Of a stretch of 64,000 nt of DNA, positions 52,201-60,683 are shown piece after piece. The stretch is taken from contig CAVYKI010000009.1 in assembly GCA_963769025.1 (NCBI GenBank), forward strand, positions 928,001 through 992,000, in the 5' to 3' direction. The position numbers were made by a program, and so were the translations under genes. The stretch's first letter is position 1. Each line of letters opens with the position of its first letter. The notes under the pieces are model-generated. The model was not told the origin of the DNA. It saw only the letters and a program-made list of their open reading frames with translations, and ran no database searches. This DNA comes from an uncultured Verrucomicrobiae bacterium (GTDB taxonomy: Bacteria; Verrucomicrobiota; Verrucomicrobiia; Chthoniobacterales; Chthoniobacteraceae).

Positions 52201-54978
52201 GACGAGCAGCGAATTCCCCTGCTCCACCAGGCGATCGAAGACCTTCACGAGCATCGCCACGTCGTCGAAATGCAGGCCGGTCGTCGGCTCATCGAGGATC
52301 AGCAGCGCGTTCGCGGTGTCCTGCTGCGTGAGGCGCTCCACCAGCTTCAGCCGCTGGCTTTCGCCGCCGCTCAGCATGTTGAGCGGCTGTCCGAGGCGGA
52401 TGTAGCCGAGGCCGACCTCCTCGAGGATGCGCAGCGGACCCGCGATTCGCGCCGCGTCACGGACCTCGAAGAGACGCACCGCCTCGGTGACGGTCATCTC
52501 CAGCACTTCGTGGATGCTTTTGCCGTCCACGCGAATTTTCAGCACGTGCGGCTGATAGCGCCGGCCTTCGCATTCCGGGCAGCGCACGAAGACGTCGCTA
52601 AGGAATTGCATCTCGATTTTCTCGAAGCCGCTGCCGCCGCAGCGCTCGCAACGGCCCGGGCCGCCATTGAAGGAAAACGCGCTGGCGCTGAGCCCCTCGC
52701 GAAGCGCCTCGGGTGTCATCGCGAACATCTCGCGGATGTCGTCGAAGATCCCAAGGTAAAGCGCAGCGGTGGATTTCGGCGTGCGCGAAAGTTGCGACTG
52801 ATCGACGAGGATGACCTGCGAGATTTGCCGCGCGCCGACGAGCTTCTTCAATGCGCCCGGCTGGTTCGCGCTCGCGATGCCTTTTGCGTTCAGGAGGTTT
52901 TCGTAGAGGACGCTGTGGACGAGCGTGCTCTTCCCCGAACCGCTGACGCCGGTGACGCAGGCGAAGACGCCGAGCGGAATCTCGACGGTGATGTTGCGGA
53001 GGTTGTTCTCGCGGGCGCCCTCGATGCGAAGCCACGAGGAAGGCGTGCGGCGCATCGCCGGGACGGGGATCGATTTTTCGCCGGTGAGATAGGCGGCGGT
53101 GAGGGAATATCCGGCGTCCAACGCCGCACGCTCAACGTCCAATGCGCGGCGACCACCGCCCGAAGTTTTGGGAGCTTTCGCCGCGCGCGTTGCACGTTGG
53201 CCGTCTTCAGCAGCTCCTCCGCCGGCCCCGCAAAGACCAGTTCGCCCCCACTCTCGCCGCGGCCGGGGCCGAGTTCGATGAGGTGATCCGCGGCGCGCAT
53301 CACGGCTTCCTCGTGCTCGACGACGAGCAGCGTGTTGCCCTTGTCGCGCAGCGCCTCCATCACGCGGATGAGCCGCCCGGTGTCGCGCGGGTGCAGGCCG
53401 ATGCTCGGCTCGTCGAGGACGAACAGCGTGTTCACGAGCGAAGCACCGAGGCAGGTGGTGAGATTCACGCGCTCGACTTCGCCGCCGCTCAGCGTGCGGG
53501 TCGGGCGGTCGAGCGAGAGGTAGCCGAGGCCGACTTCGAGCAGAAAGCCGAGACGCGAGCGGACTTCGCCAGCGAGCATGTCGGTGGTGGAGTTGCCAGC
53601 GCCCGCGCTCTCGTTTGGTGAACGATCGCCGGAGTCCGCGAGGATGGCGCTCATTTCGCCCAGCGGCATGCATTGCAGTTCGGGCAGCGTCTTTCCGGCG
53701 AAGCGGTAATTCAGCGTCGCGGGCTGGTAGCGGCCGCCGTGGCAATCGGGACAGATCGGAATAGTTGCGGTAGCGGCTGAGCAGCACGCGGACGTGCATT
53801 TTGTACGCCTTGCTTTCGAGCCAGCGGAAGAAGCCGCGCACGCCGTACCACAGGCCCTCTTTCCAAAGCTCCTCGCCCTCGCGCTTCGGGTCCTCGCCTT
53901 CCAGCACCCACTCCTGCTCGTCCTTCGGCATGTCGTCGAAAGGCATCTTCACATCGATGCCCTTCGCCTTCGCGCAGCGCATCATGTCGCGCTGGCAGTC
54001 CGCGCCGCTCTCGGTCTGGAACGGCTTGACGCAGCCATCCGCGAGGCTGAGCGAGCGATCGGGAATCGCGCGGAGCAAATCAATCGCGATGGTCCGCCCA
54101 AAACCGCGGCAGGTCGGACACGCGCCGAGCGGGTGATTGAAACTGAAAAGCCCCGGCGTCGGCGGCGTGATGTCGACGTCGCAGTGCGCGCAATGCCAGC
54201 CCGCGCTGTAAGGGTGCCGGTAGCCCGACCCCGGATGCCGGATCGCGAGCTTCCCGCTCCCGAGACGCAGCGCGTGCTCGATGGCCTCCATCAGCCGCGC
54301 GCGGTCTTCGTCGGAAATCGTGACACGATCCTGGATCACCTCGACAAGCGCGGGCAGCCGCTTCGCCGCCGGCTCCTCGTCGGTCCGGAGAATCTCACCG
54401 TCGAGCCACACGCGCAGATAGCCCTGCTGCTGGAGGAACGAAAAGAAATCCGCGGGCTTCGTACCCGCGGGCGCCGGAACCCCAAACGTGATCAACACCG
54501 CCTCGCCGCCGTGCTGCGCGAAGACATGCTCGACGATGCTCTTCGCCGACTCGGGTTTGATTTCCAACGCGCACTCCGGGCACCGCGCCGTGGCGATGCG
54601 CGGGAAGAGCAGCTTCAGGTAGTCGTTGATCTCCGTCATCGTGCCGACGGTCGAGCGCGTGCTCTTCACGTTGTTCGTCTGCTCGATGGCGATGGCCGGC
54701 GGGATGCCGCGGATTTCGTCCACGCGCGGCTTGTCCATGCGGTCGAGGAACTGCCGCGTGTAAGGGCTGAACGTCTCGACATACCGCCGCTGCCCCTCCG
54801 CGTAGATCGTGTCAAACGCGAGCGACGACTTCCCGCTTCCACTCGGCCCCGTGACGACGATCAATTTGCCGAGCGGCAGATCGAGGTCGAAGCCTTTGAG
54901 GTTATTCTGCCGCGCGCCCCGGACCTCGATGCAATCGGGACTAGGAACCACGGTGAGTGCTGGGCGTTTCTTGGGCAT
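49237..54978 (-). CDS. uvrA: Excinuclease ABC subunit A, double-length (two fused UvrA units), about 5 apparent frameshifts
   Basis: Four Walker A motifs (GPSGSGKS, GVSGSGKS, GLSGSGKS, GISGSGKS), four LSGGE signatures, several CxxC fingers; about 5.7 kb. Confidence 0.93.
50100..50187. repeat. Degenerate inverted REP doublet (REPIN-like) in frame within uvrA
   Basis: GGCAGGGCGCGCCCGCCGAGCGCGCC at 50100-50125 and inverted GGCAGGGCGCTCTCGCCGAAAGTGCTC at 50161-50187. Confidence 0.75.
51978..52053. repeat. Inverted GTAG-type REP doublet (REPIN-like) in frame at the uvrA inter-unit linker
   Basis: GGTAGGGCGCGCTCGCCGAGCGCGCCC at 51978-52004 and inverted GGTAGGGCGCTTTCGCCGAAAGCGCCC at 52027-52053; each is a 10-bp perfect hairpin. 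Confidence 0.85.
53115..53203. repeat. Inverted heptamer-repeat element within uvrA
   Basis: CGTCCAA CGCCGCA CGCTCAA CGTCCAA at 53115-53142 facing TTGCACG TTGGCCG at 53190-53203. Confidence 0.5.
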
Positions 54979-55164
54979 CGGTAAAAAGGGCGCGCAATCT
55001 GCCTCTACGCGCGCCCCTTGGCAACCGGCGCGAAAGAATAACGCCGCACTGCTTTCCCCGGCTCCCCCGCGCTTGCGCGCTTTCCCTCCTTCATGTCGCT
55101 GAGATGCGCCCGCGCACCTCAGCCGCCCCAAAGGGCGTATTAACCGCAGACAACTCGACAGCGG

Positions 55165-55497
55165 CTACGCGCCGGCCTGCCCTTCCGCGTCCGCCTTCAG
55201 CTTCGCGGTGAGCTGGCTCACGCGCTGTTTCATGATTTTGCCGGACTTGAACTTCACCGTGGCGCGCGCCGGAATGACGAAGCTGCTCCCCGGCTGGTTC
55301 GGGTTGCGTCCGACGCGCGGCTTTGTGAGCTTTACTTCGAAGACGCCGAAGTTTCGCAACTCGATGTTGTCTCCGCGGGCGAGTGCTTCGATGACTTGGT
55401 CGAGCGTCTTTTGGACGACATCGAACACCTCATGTTGGACCAGCCCTGTCTCGTTGCTGATGTTCAGAACGATTTCCCTTTTAGTCAGTGTGCCCAT
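55165..55497 (-). CDS. HU/IHF family DNA-binding protein
   Basis: LTKREI, IELRNFGVF, GRNP, IPAR.TVKFK.GK. Confidence 0.93.
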   Translation of the reverse strand: MGTLTKREIVLNISNETGLVQHEVFDVVQKTLDQVIEALARGDNIELRNFGVFEVKLTKPRVGRNPNQPGSSFVIPARATVKFKSGKIMKQRVSQLTAKLKADAEGQAGA

Positions 55498-55557
55498 AAC
55501 GCTTTCTTCCTAAGGCTTTTCACCCCCACGGGCAAGCACGGAAATCCGCCTCCCCGG

Positions 55558-56007
55558 CTAGGTTGCGCCGGAAGGGACCTCGACGTATTCGAGCGCCCAC
55601 TCCCGCATGAAGCGGACGCGCACCGGCTCGATGCGATAAATGATCAGTTCGGGATTGTCCGGCGTGCCGAGGTAACGGCGCAAAAGCGGGTTGCTGTCCC
55701 AAATCGTGCGCAGCACCGCTGCATCCGTCTCCACGTGCGCAATCCCGGTGATGCGGACCTGATCGTGGTGCTCGTCGAGGTAGCAGAGTTCGCAGCGCGG
55801 GTTCGCCGCGAGTTCGCGCGTCTTGCCGTAGCTTCGGAGATTCGCGACAAAAATCGTGAATCCATCCACCCGCACCGGCGACACCGGCCTCAGGCGCGGC
55901 TGGCCGGCCTCATCCACCGTGGCGAGCATCGGGAACTTCGCGCGACGGATGACTTCGTGGGAAAGTCGCGGGGCTTCGTCCGGGGAAACGGGTGCGGGTG
56001 CGGGCAT
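55558..56007 (-). CDS. Pyridoxamine 5'-phosphate oxidase-like (FMN-binding split barrel) protein
   Basis: LATVD..GQP.LRP, K.REL.ANP, QVRITG.A. Confidence 0.85.
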   Translation of the reverse strand: MPAPAPVSPDEAPRLSHEVIRRAKFPMLATVDEAGQPRLRPVSPVRVDGFTIFVANLRSYGKTRELAANPRCELCYLDEHHDQVRITGIAHVETDAAVLRTIWDSNPLLRRYLGTPDNPELIIYRIEPVRVRFMREWALEYVEVPSGAT

Positions 56008-56094
56008 GCGGATCAGCGGAACAGGAATCGGCGTCAATATCAACCGGCCATGCGACACTCGACAGCACGGCGCGGCTGCGGAAGTGTCCTCGCG

Positions 56095-56619
56095 ATGGAA
56101 TTCGCAAAGCTCGTCCTGCTGTGCATCGCATCCGTATGCGGCTACGGCGCCCTCCTCGGCGGAGTCTCCGCAGCACTGTGCCCGGAGGCATTCACGCTCG
56201 GGCGTCCGCCTTTCTTCGAACACTGGCCGGCGCTCGCGCTCGGCGCGATATGGGGCACGCTCGATCTGCTCATCCCCGCGACCTTCGCCGGACTCGCTCT
56301 CGGCATCGCGGCAAATTTCGGTCCCCAGCCGGCGCTAAAGGCCGCGTTTTTCCGCCGAATCGTCCCCGGCCTGGTCGGCCTCCTCTCGCTCGCCTCGCTC
56401 GCGGGCGGCGCGACGGGTTACTTCGCCTCGAAGAACGGCATGCACATCATCACCGGACCGCTGAAGGAAACGCTCGCGCCGGAAAAGCATCCGATGCTCG
56501 CCGCCGTCTGGTGGGCTGCGCTCGGAGCCCTGCTCGCGCTCTTCGCTTCGGCGATCGTCCTAGCCGCGTGGGCCTGGCGGAAACGCGCCTACTACGCGGA
56601 ACTCCTCCGCAATCGCTGA
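56095..56619 (+). CDS. Hypothetical membrane protein (about 4 TM)
   Basis: Four hydrophobic segments; fills the gap; coding-like codon use. Confidence 0.7.
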   Translation: MEFAKLVLLCIASVCGYGALLGGVSAALCPEAFTLGRPPFFEHWPALALGAIWGTLDLLIPATFAGLALGIAANFGPQPALKAAFFRRIVPGLVGLLSLASLAGGATGYFASKNGMHIITGPLKETLAPEKHPMLAAVWWAALGALLALFASAIVLAAWAWRKRAYYAELLRNR

Positions 56620-56622
56620 CCC

Positions 56623-57156
56623 CTACCGCGCCACACCCGCGGCGTCCTTGGGAGCCTTCTTGTGCGCCTCCTGAAATTTCGCCGCGCGCTGCACACCGTC
56701 GATCACCTGCGCGCCGTTCAGCTTTTGGGAAATCTCCCGCAGCGCCGCCTCCGCTCCCGGCGCATCCTCCCATGTCGCGAGCCATATCCATTTGTAGGCC
56801 TCCACCAGATCCTGCGGACGCCCGGTCCCCTGCGCATACAGCGACCCGAGATCGAGCTGCGCACCGCCGTGGCCTGCCTCCGCCGCCTTGCCCAGCCATT
56901 CACCCGCCCGCTCCACATCACCGCGTGCAAAAAAAAATCGCCCGAGCGTCGCCATTGCCTTCGCATCGCCCTGCCGCGCGCCATCGAGCAGCCGCGAGGA
57001 AAACGCGCTGACCGTTTCCTTTTCCATGTCCGGCGCAATCCAGAGCGCCGCACCGCTTGGAAAAAGCCCGGTCTTCCGAAACGGCTCCCATTCCTCCGCA
57101 GTCTGCGCGAGCGCAGCGGCGACGGTGAGGAGCAGGACCGGAAGGATTTTCCACAT
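56623..57156 (-). CDS. Secreted Sel1-like repeat protein
   Basis: Signal peptide; A.QGDAKAM..LG, KAAEAGH..AQ.DLG.LY..G.G..QD..EAYKW. Confidence 0.85.
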   Translation of the reverse strand: MWKILPVLLLTVAAALAQTAEEWEPFRKTGLFPSGAALWIAPDMEKETVSAFSSRLLDGARQGDAKAMATLGRFFFARGDVERAGEWLGKAAEAGHGGAQLDLGSLYAQGTGRPQDLVEAYKWIWLATWEDAPGAEAALREISQKLNGAQVIDGVQRAAKFQEAHKKAPKDAAGVAR

Positions 57157-57183
57157 CCCTCGATCGTAGCGCGCAAATCCCTC

Positions 57184-57212
57184 TTGCCAAGCACACCGGC
57201 ACCGCGCACTTT
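57184..57212 (+). promoter_or_regulatory. Possible sigma70-type promoter for tRNA-Pro
   Basis: TTGCCA-N17-CACTTT, 16 nt upstream of the tRNA; weak -10 match. Confidence 0.3.
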
Positions 57213-57228
57213 CCGCGCCCGCTGGAAT

Positions 57229-57305
57229 CGGGCCGTAGTTCAGCTTGGTAGAACGCTTGAATGGGGTTCAAGAGGTCGTGGGTTCGAATCCCGCCGGCCC
57301 GACCA
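57229..57305 (+). tRNA. tRNA-Pro (anticodon GGG), CCA encoded
   Basis: CGGGCCG/CGGCCCG acceptor stem + ACCA, anticodon arm CTTGA-ATGGGGT-TCAAG, GGTTCGAATCC T-arm. Confidence 0.96.
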
Positions 57306-57308
57306 GCC

Positions 57309-57345
57309 TCCCCTCCGGGGGACTTTCGCAGCGGAATTCGCTGCG
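57309..57345. terminator. Two hairpins between convergent tRNA-Pro and LRR gene
   Basis: TCCCC-TCCG-GGGGA followed by CTTT, and CGCAGCG-GAATT-CGCTGCG. Confidence 0.45.
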
Positions 57346-57390
57346 CTCCCTATGCATTCGTCCGTTTCGCCGAGCCTCGGGCCGCGAACC

Positions 57391-58413
57391 TCACTGGAAG
57401 GTGAGTTCCACTCTCGGCAGCAGCGCCTTGATCTTCGCCTGCACTTCGTCGGAATAGGGTTTGGGCCGCTGCACGATGCGGAGGGATTTTAGGAACGCGA
57501 ACGGCTTCAACTGCGCGACACGCTCCTCGGTCATCGGCAGGTTGCCGAGTTCCAGGCTTTCAAGCTGCTTCATCGTGGCGAGAAGCTTCAGGTCTTCGTC
57601 GGTGGTCTTGGAGCAGTTCGTCAGCGTGAGGCGTGTCAGCGTCCTGAAGTTCTGGATGGCAACCAGCGATGCGGATGAATCGAACCCTTCGCCGAGTTGC
57701 AAATACTCAAGGGGCAATCCCGCGAGGTTTTTCAGAGATGCAGGCGTTGCGTTCGAAGTGCCGATTTCGAGGCCTTTGAGCTTGGTGAGCTTCGCGAGGG
57801 CCGGAGCGCCGGCGTCGGTGAATTTCGCGTGCGCGAGGCTGATGCTTTCGAGGTTTGGCAGATGTTCGCAGAGCTGCAGGAGACCTTCGTCATCGATGCT
57901 GCTGCCGCGATGGCTGACCTTGATGACGCGCGTCCAGTCCTTGCACTTCGCGTACGCGCGACCGGTGATGGCGGTGCCGACGAAGGAAAACGTTTCGAGG
58001 TTCTTCAATCCGGCGAAGTGCTCCATGCCGGCATCGGTGAGCTTGCCGTTGTTGGTGAAGCGAAGCGTCTTGAGGTTCGCCAATTTGCCGAGCGGCGCGA
58101 TCCATGCGTCGTTGGCTTTGGTCGAGATGATGTTCAGCGATTCCAGCGCAGTTATGTGCCCGAGGTGCTCAAAGAATGCGGCATCGTAGGGATCGCTCCC
58201 GCGCTTGTCGTGCGGGCCGGTATTGGGCACGGCGAGGTCCACGAGCTTGAGGCCTTTCCCGTCCTCGGTTTTTTCCACTTTGCCGCGCGCGCCCTCGACG
58301 ATGCGGGTGACGGCTTCGACGTGCGGATCGAGCGCGAGGGCTGCGTTTGCGGATAATTTCAAGAGAAAAGCGGCAATCGTGATTGCCCTTAAATGGAGCC
58401 GAGGGAGTGTCAT
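57391..58413 (-). CDS. Secreted leucine-rich repeat protein
   Basis: Signal peptide; repeated L..L..LE.L.L....TD.G units. Confidence 0.85.
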   Translation of the reverse strand: MTLPRLHLRAITIAAFLLKLSANAALALDPHVEAVTRIVEGARGKVEKTEDGKGLKLVDLAVPNTGPHDKRGSDPYDAAFFEHLGHITALESLNIISTKANDAWIAPLGKLANLKTLRFTNNGKLTDAGMEHFAGLKNLETFSFVGTAITGRAYAKCKDWTRVIKVSHRGSSIDDEGLLQLCEHLPNLESISLAHAKFTDAGAPALAKLTKLKGLEIGTSNATPASLKNLAGLPLEYLQLGEGFDSSASLVAIQNFRTLTRLTLTNCSKTTDEDLKLLATMKQLESLELGNLPMTEERVAQLKPFAFLKSLRIVQRPKPYSDEVQAKIKALLPRVELTFQ

Positions 58414-58426
58414 GTGACGGTCAGGC

Positions 58427-58452
58427 TAGTGCGCTTCCGGCCCCGTTTGCAC
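58427..58452 (-). promoter_or_regulatory. Degenerate copy of the putative ECF promoter upstream of the LRR gene
   Basis: Minus strand GTGCAAA-N11-GCGCACTA, 13 nt before ATG 58413. Confidence 0.4.
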
Positions 58453-58510
58453 GAGGAAACCAAGCGAAGGGATCCTGCCGGCCAAATGCGACTCATCACC
58501 AAGAAAGCTG

Positions 58511-58536
58511 CGGTAAACCTGAGAGGCACCGCACAT
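58511..58536 (+). promoter_or_regulatory. Putative autoregulated ECF promoter CGGTAAA-N11-CCGCACAT
   Basis: Identical bipartite motif and spacing also at 60647-60672; 9 nt before the sigma ATG. Confidence 0.7.
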
Positions 58537-58545
58537 ACTCCATTG

Positions 58546-59088
58546 ATGCCTGCGCCTGATCCACACGCGAACTTCATTTTCCTGCTCAATGCCGCGCACC
58601 GGCGGCTGCTGGCGTATCTCGTCTCGCTGCTCGGCAGCCGCCACGACGCGGAGGACGTCTTGCAAAAGGCAAGCATGACGATGTGGCGGCGTTTCGAGAC
58701 GTTCGACGCCTCGCGCGTGACGGCGAATGACGATTTTCTCTCGTGGGCCTGCACTGTTGCCTTTTACGAGGCAAAGAATTTCCAGCGCGCGGCGGCGCGT
58801 TCGCGGCTGCATTTCAGCGATGAGCTGCTCGAAATCCTCGCCAGCGAGCGAGCGCCGGATCTTGCGCAGACGGACGCGCGGCACGAGGCGCTGGGGCATT
58901 GTCTCGAAATGCTCGACGATCCGGGGCGCAGACTCGTTGAGGCGGCGTATTTCGAGGAGGGCAGCATCGCCACGCTCGCGGAGCAGCTCGGCCGTGCGCC
59001 GCAGACGCTCTACAACAAGCTGAACATCATTCGCCGCAAACTCGCGGACTGTGTGACGCAGCGCCTTGCCGGAGGAGGCGCGGCGTGA
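58546..59088 (+). CDS. ECF RNA polymerase sigma factor (Rhodopirellula/Verrucomicrobium-type)
   Basis: LLAYLVSLL..HDAEDVLQ..MWR, FLSWAC.VA, region 4 HTH ...LYNKLN.IRRKLADCV. Confidence 0.92.
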   Translation: MPAPDPHANFIFLLNAAHRRLLAYLVSLLGSRHDAEDVLQKASMTMWRRFETFDASRVTANDDFLSWACTVAFYEAKNFQRAAARSRLHFSDELLEILASERAPDLAQTDARHEALGHCLEMLDDPGRRLVEAAYFEEGSIATLAEQLGRAPQTLYNKLNIIRRKLADCVTQRLAGGGAA

Positions 59089-60617
59089 GTGCGGACTTCG
59101 AGCGCGATGAACTGCGTGCGATGATGGCTGCGCAGAACGACGGAACGATTTCCGGGGATGAACACGCGAGGCTGGAAAAAATCCTCGCGTACAGCGCGGA
59201 GGCCCGGCGGCTGTGGTTCCTGCACTGCGACATCGAGACGGGGCTCGCCGAATGGGCGGCGGCGCGGAATTCCGGCGATGCGCTGACGGTGCCGCGCAAG
59301 GTTGTGCGTTCTCGCGTTTTTTGGAAATGGGCGACACCGCTCGCTGCGGCGGCGCTCGTGATGCTCGCGGCAGTGTGGTGGTGGCGCGGGCCGGCGGAGT
59401 CGCGTGCGAACGGCGCGGCAGTGCTGGCGCGCGCGGTCGGTGTGGAGTGGGAGGATGGCGTCGAGCGCATGCCGGGGACGGTGCTCGCGCCGGGCGAACT
59501 GCGGCTGAAGTCGGGCGCGGTGCTCGTGGAATTTTACAGCGGTGCGCGTGTCGTCATCGAGGGGCCGGCGGAATTTCGAATCGTGTCATCGGGCGCGGGA
59601 TTTCTGAGCCGGGGGAAAATCAGCGCGCACGTGCCGCCGCAGGCGCGTGGCTTTGCGGTGGATGCGCCTGGCGTGAAGGTCGTGGACTTCGGCACGGACT
59701 TCGGCGTCGCGCTGCGCATAGGTTCCGCGCCGGAGGTGCATGTTTTTCTCGGTGAAGTCGAAGTCACCGCTACTGCGGCACCGTCGCGCAAGTTGATCGG
59801 CGGCGAGGCGGTGCGCGTGGATGCCAATGCGCTCGCGGCAATCCCAGCGGCGCGTTCCGATTTTCTGAGCGAGGAGGAACTCGCGAGGCGCGACGAGGAC
59901 GGTGCGCGCCGCCGTTTCGCAGCGTGGCGCGATGCCAGCCGCGCGCTGAGCGCAGACCCTGCGACGGTGATTCATTACTCGCTCGACGACACGCCGCAAT
60001 CCGAGCGCAGCGTCGCGAACCACGCCGCAGGCGCGACGGAGGAATCGCACGGCAGCATCGTCGGCTGCGCGTGGATTGCGGGACGCTGGCCGGGGAAACG
60101 CGCGCTCGATTTTCGCAGCGAGGGCGACCGCATCCGGTTCACCGCTTCGCATTCTCAGAGTGCGATCACTTTCCTCGCATGGGTGCGCGTCGAGGCGCTG
60201 CCGCACGGGATGCACACGCTGCTCTGCGCCGAGGCGGAACGTCCCGGCGCGCTGCGCTGGGAACTCACGCGCGAAGGGCGGATGCGGTTGGCTGTGGGGC
60301 GCGACCTCGGACGCGCGCGGATGGAATGGGAGGCGGTGAACAGCGAGCCGTTCGTCACGCCGGAGCGGCTCGGCCAGTGGCTGCTGCTTGTGACGACGTT
60401 CGACGGCCACGTTGTCCGGCACTACGCGAACGGCCGGCCGATTGGATCAGGCGCGTCGTTTACTCCGCCCGCGCTGCACATCGGCACGGCGGAAATCGGC
60501 AACTGGCGCGGCGAAGTGCGGCGCAGTTTTTCCGGGACGCTGGATGAGATGGCGATTCTCTCGCGCGTGATGAGCGAGGCCGAAGTGCACACGGCGTATG
60601 CGGCGGGAAAGCCGTGA
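59085..60617 (+). CDS. Anti-sigma factor-like protein: TM + FecR-like + LamG domain
   Basis: GTGA overlap with the sigma gene; TM segment; SGA.V.IEGPA, VVDFGTDFGV, EVHVF.GEV; LamG motifs AWVR, IGNW, F.GTLDE.AI.SR. Confidence 0.88.
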   Translation: MSADFERDELRAMMAAQNDGTISGDEHARLEKILAYSAEARRLWFLHCDIETGLAEWAAARNSGDALTVPRKVVRSRVFWKWATPLAAAALVMLAAVWWWRGPAESRANGAAVLARAVGVEWEDGVERMPGTVLAPGELRLKSGAVLVEFYSGARVVIEGPAEFRIVSSGAGFLSRGKISAHVPPQARGFAVDAPGVKVVDFGTDFGVALRIGSAPEVHVFLGEVEVTATAAPSRKLIGGEAVRVDANALAAIPAARSDFLSEEELARRDEDGARRRFAAWRDASRALSADPATVIHYSLDDTPQSERSVANHAAGATEESHGSIVGCAWIAGRWPGKRALDFRSEGDRIRFTASHSQSAITFLAWVRVEALPHGMHTLLCAEAERPGALRWELTREGRMRLAVGRDLGRARMEWEAVNSEPFVTPERLGQWLLLVTTFDGHVVRHYANGRPIGSGASFTPPALHIGTAEIGNWRGEVRRSFSGTLDEMAILSRVMSEAEVHTAYAAGKP

Positions 60618-60646
60618 AGCGATTTGGCACGCGTCGCTGATTTGCC

Positions 60647-60672
60647 CGGTAAATCGAATGCGTGCCGCACAT
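60647..60672 (+). promoter_or_regulatory. Putative ECF promoter CGGTAAA-N11-CCGCACAT upstream of the di-heme oxidoreductase
   Basis: Exact match to the 58511-58536 motif halves; 11 nt before ATG 60684. Confidence 0.7.
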
Positions 60673-60683
60673 TTCCCTGCGAC

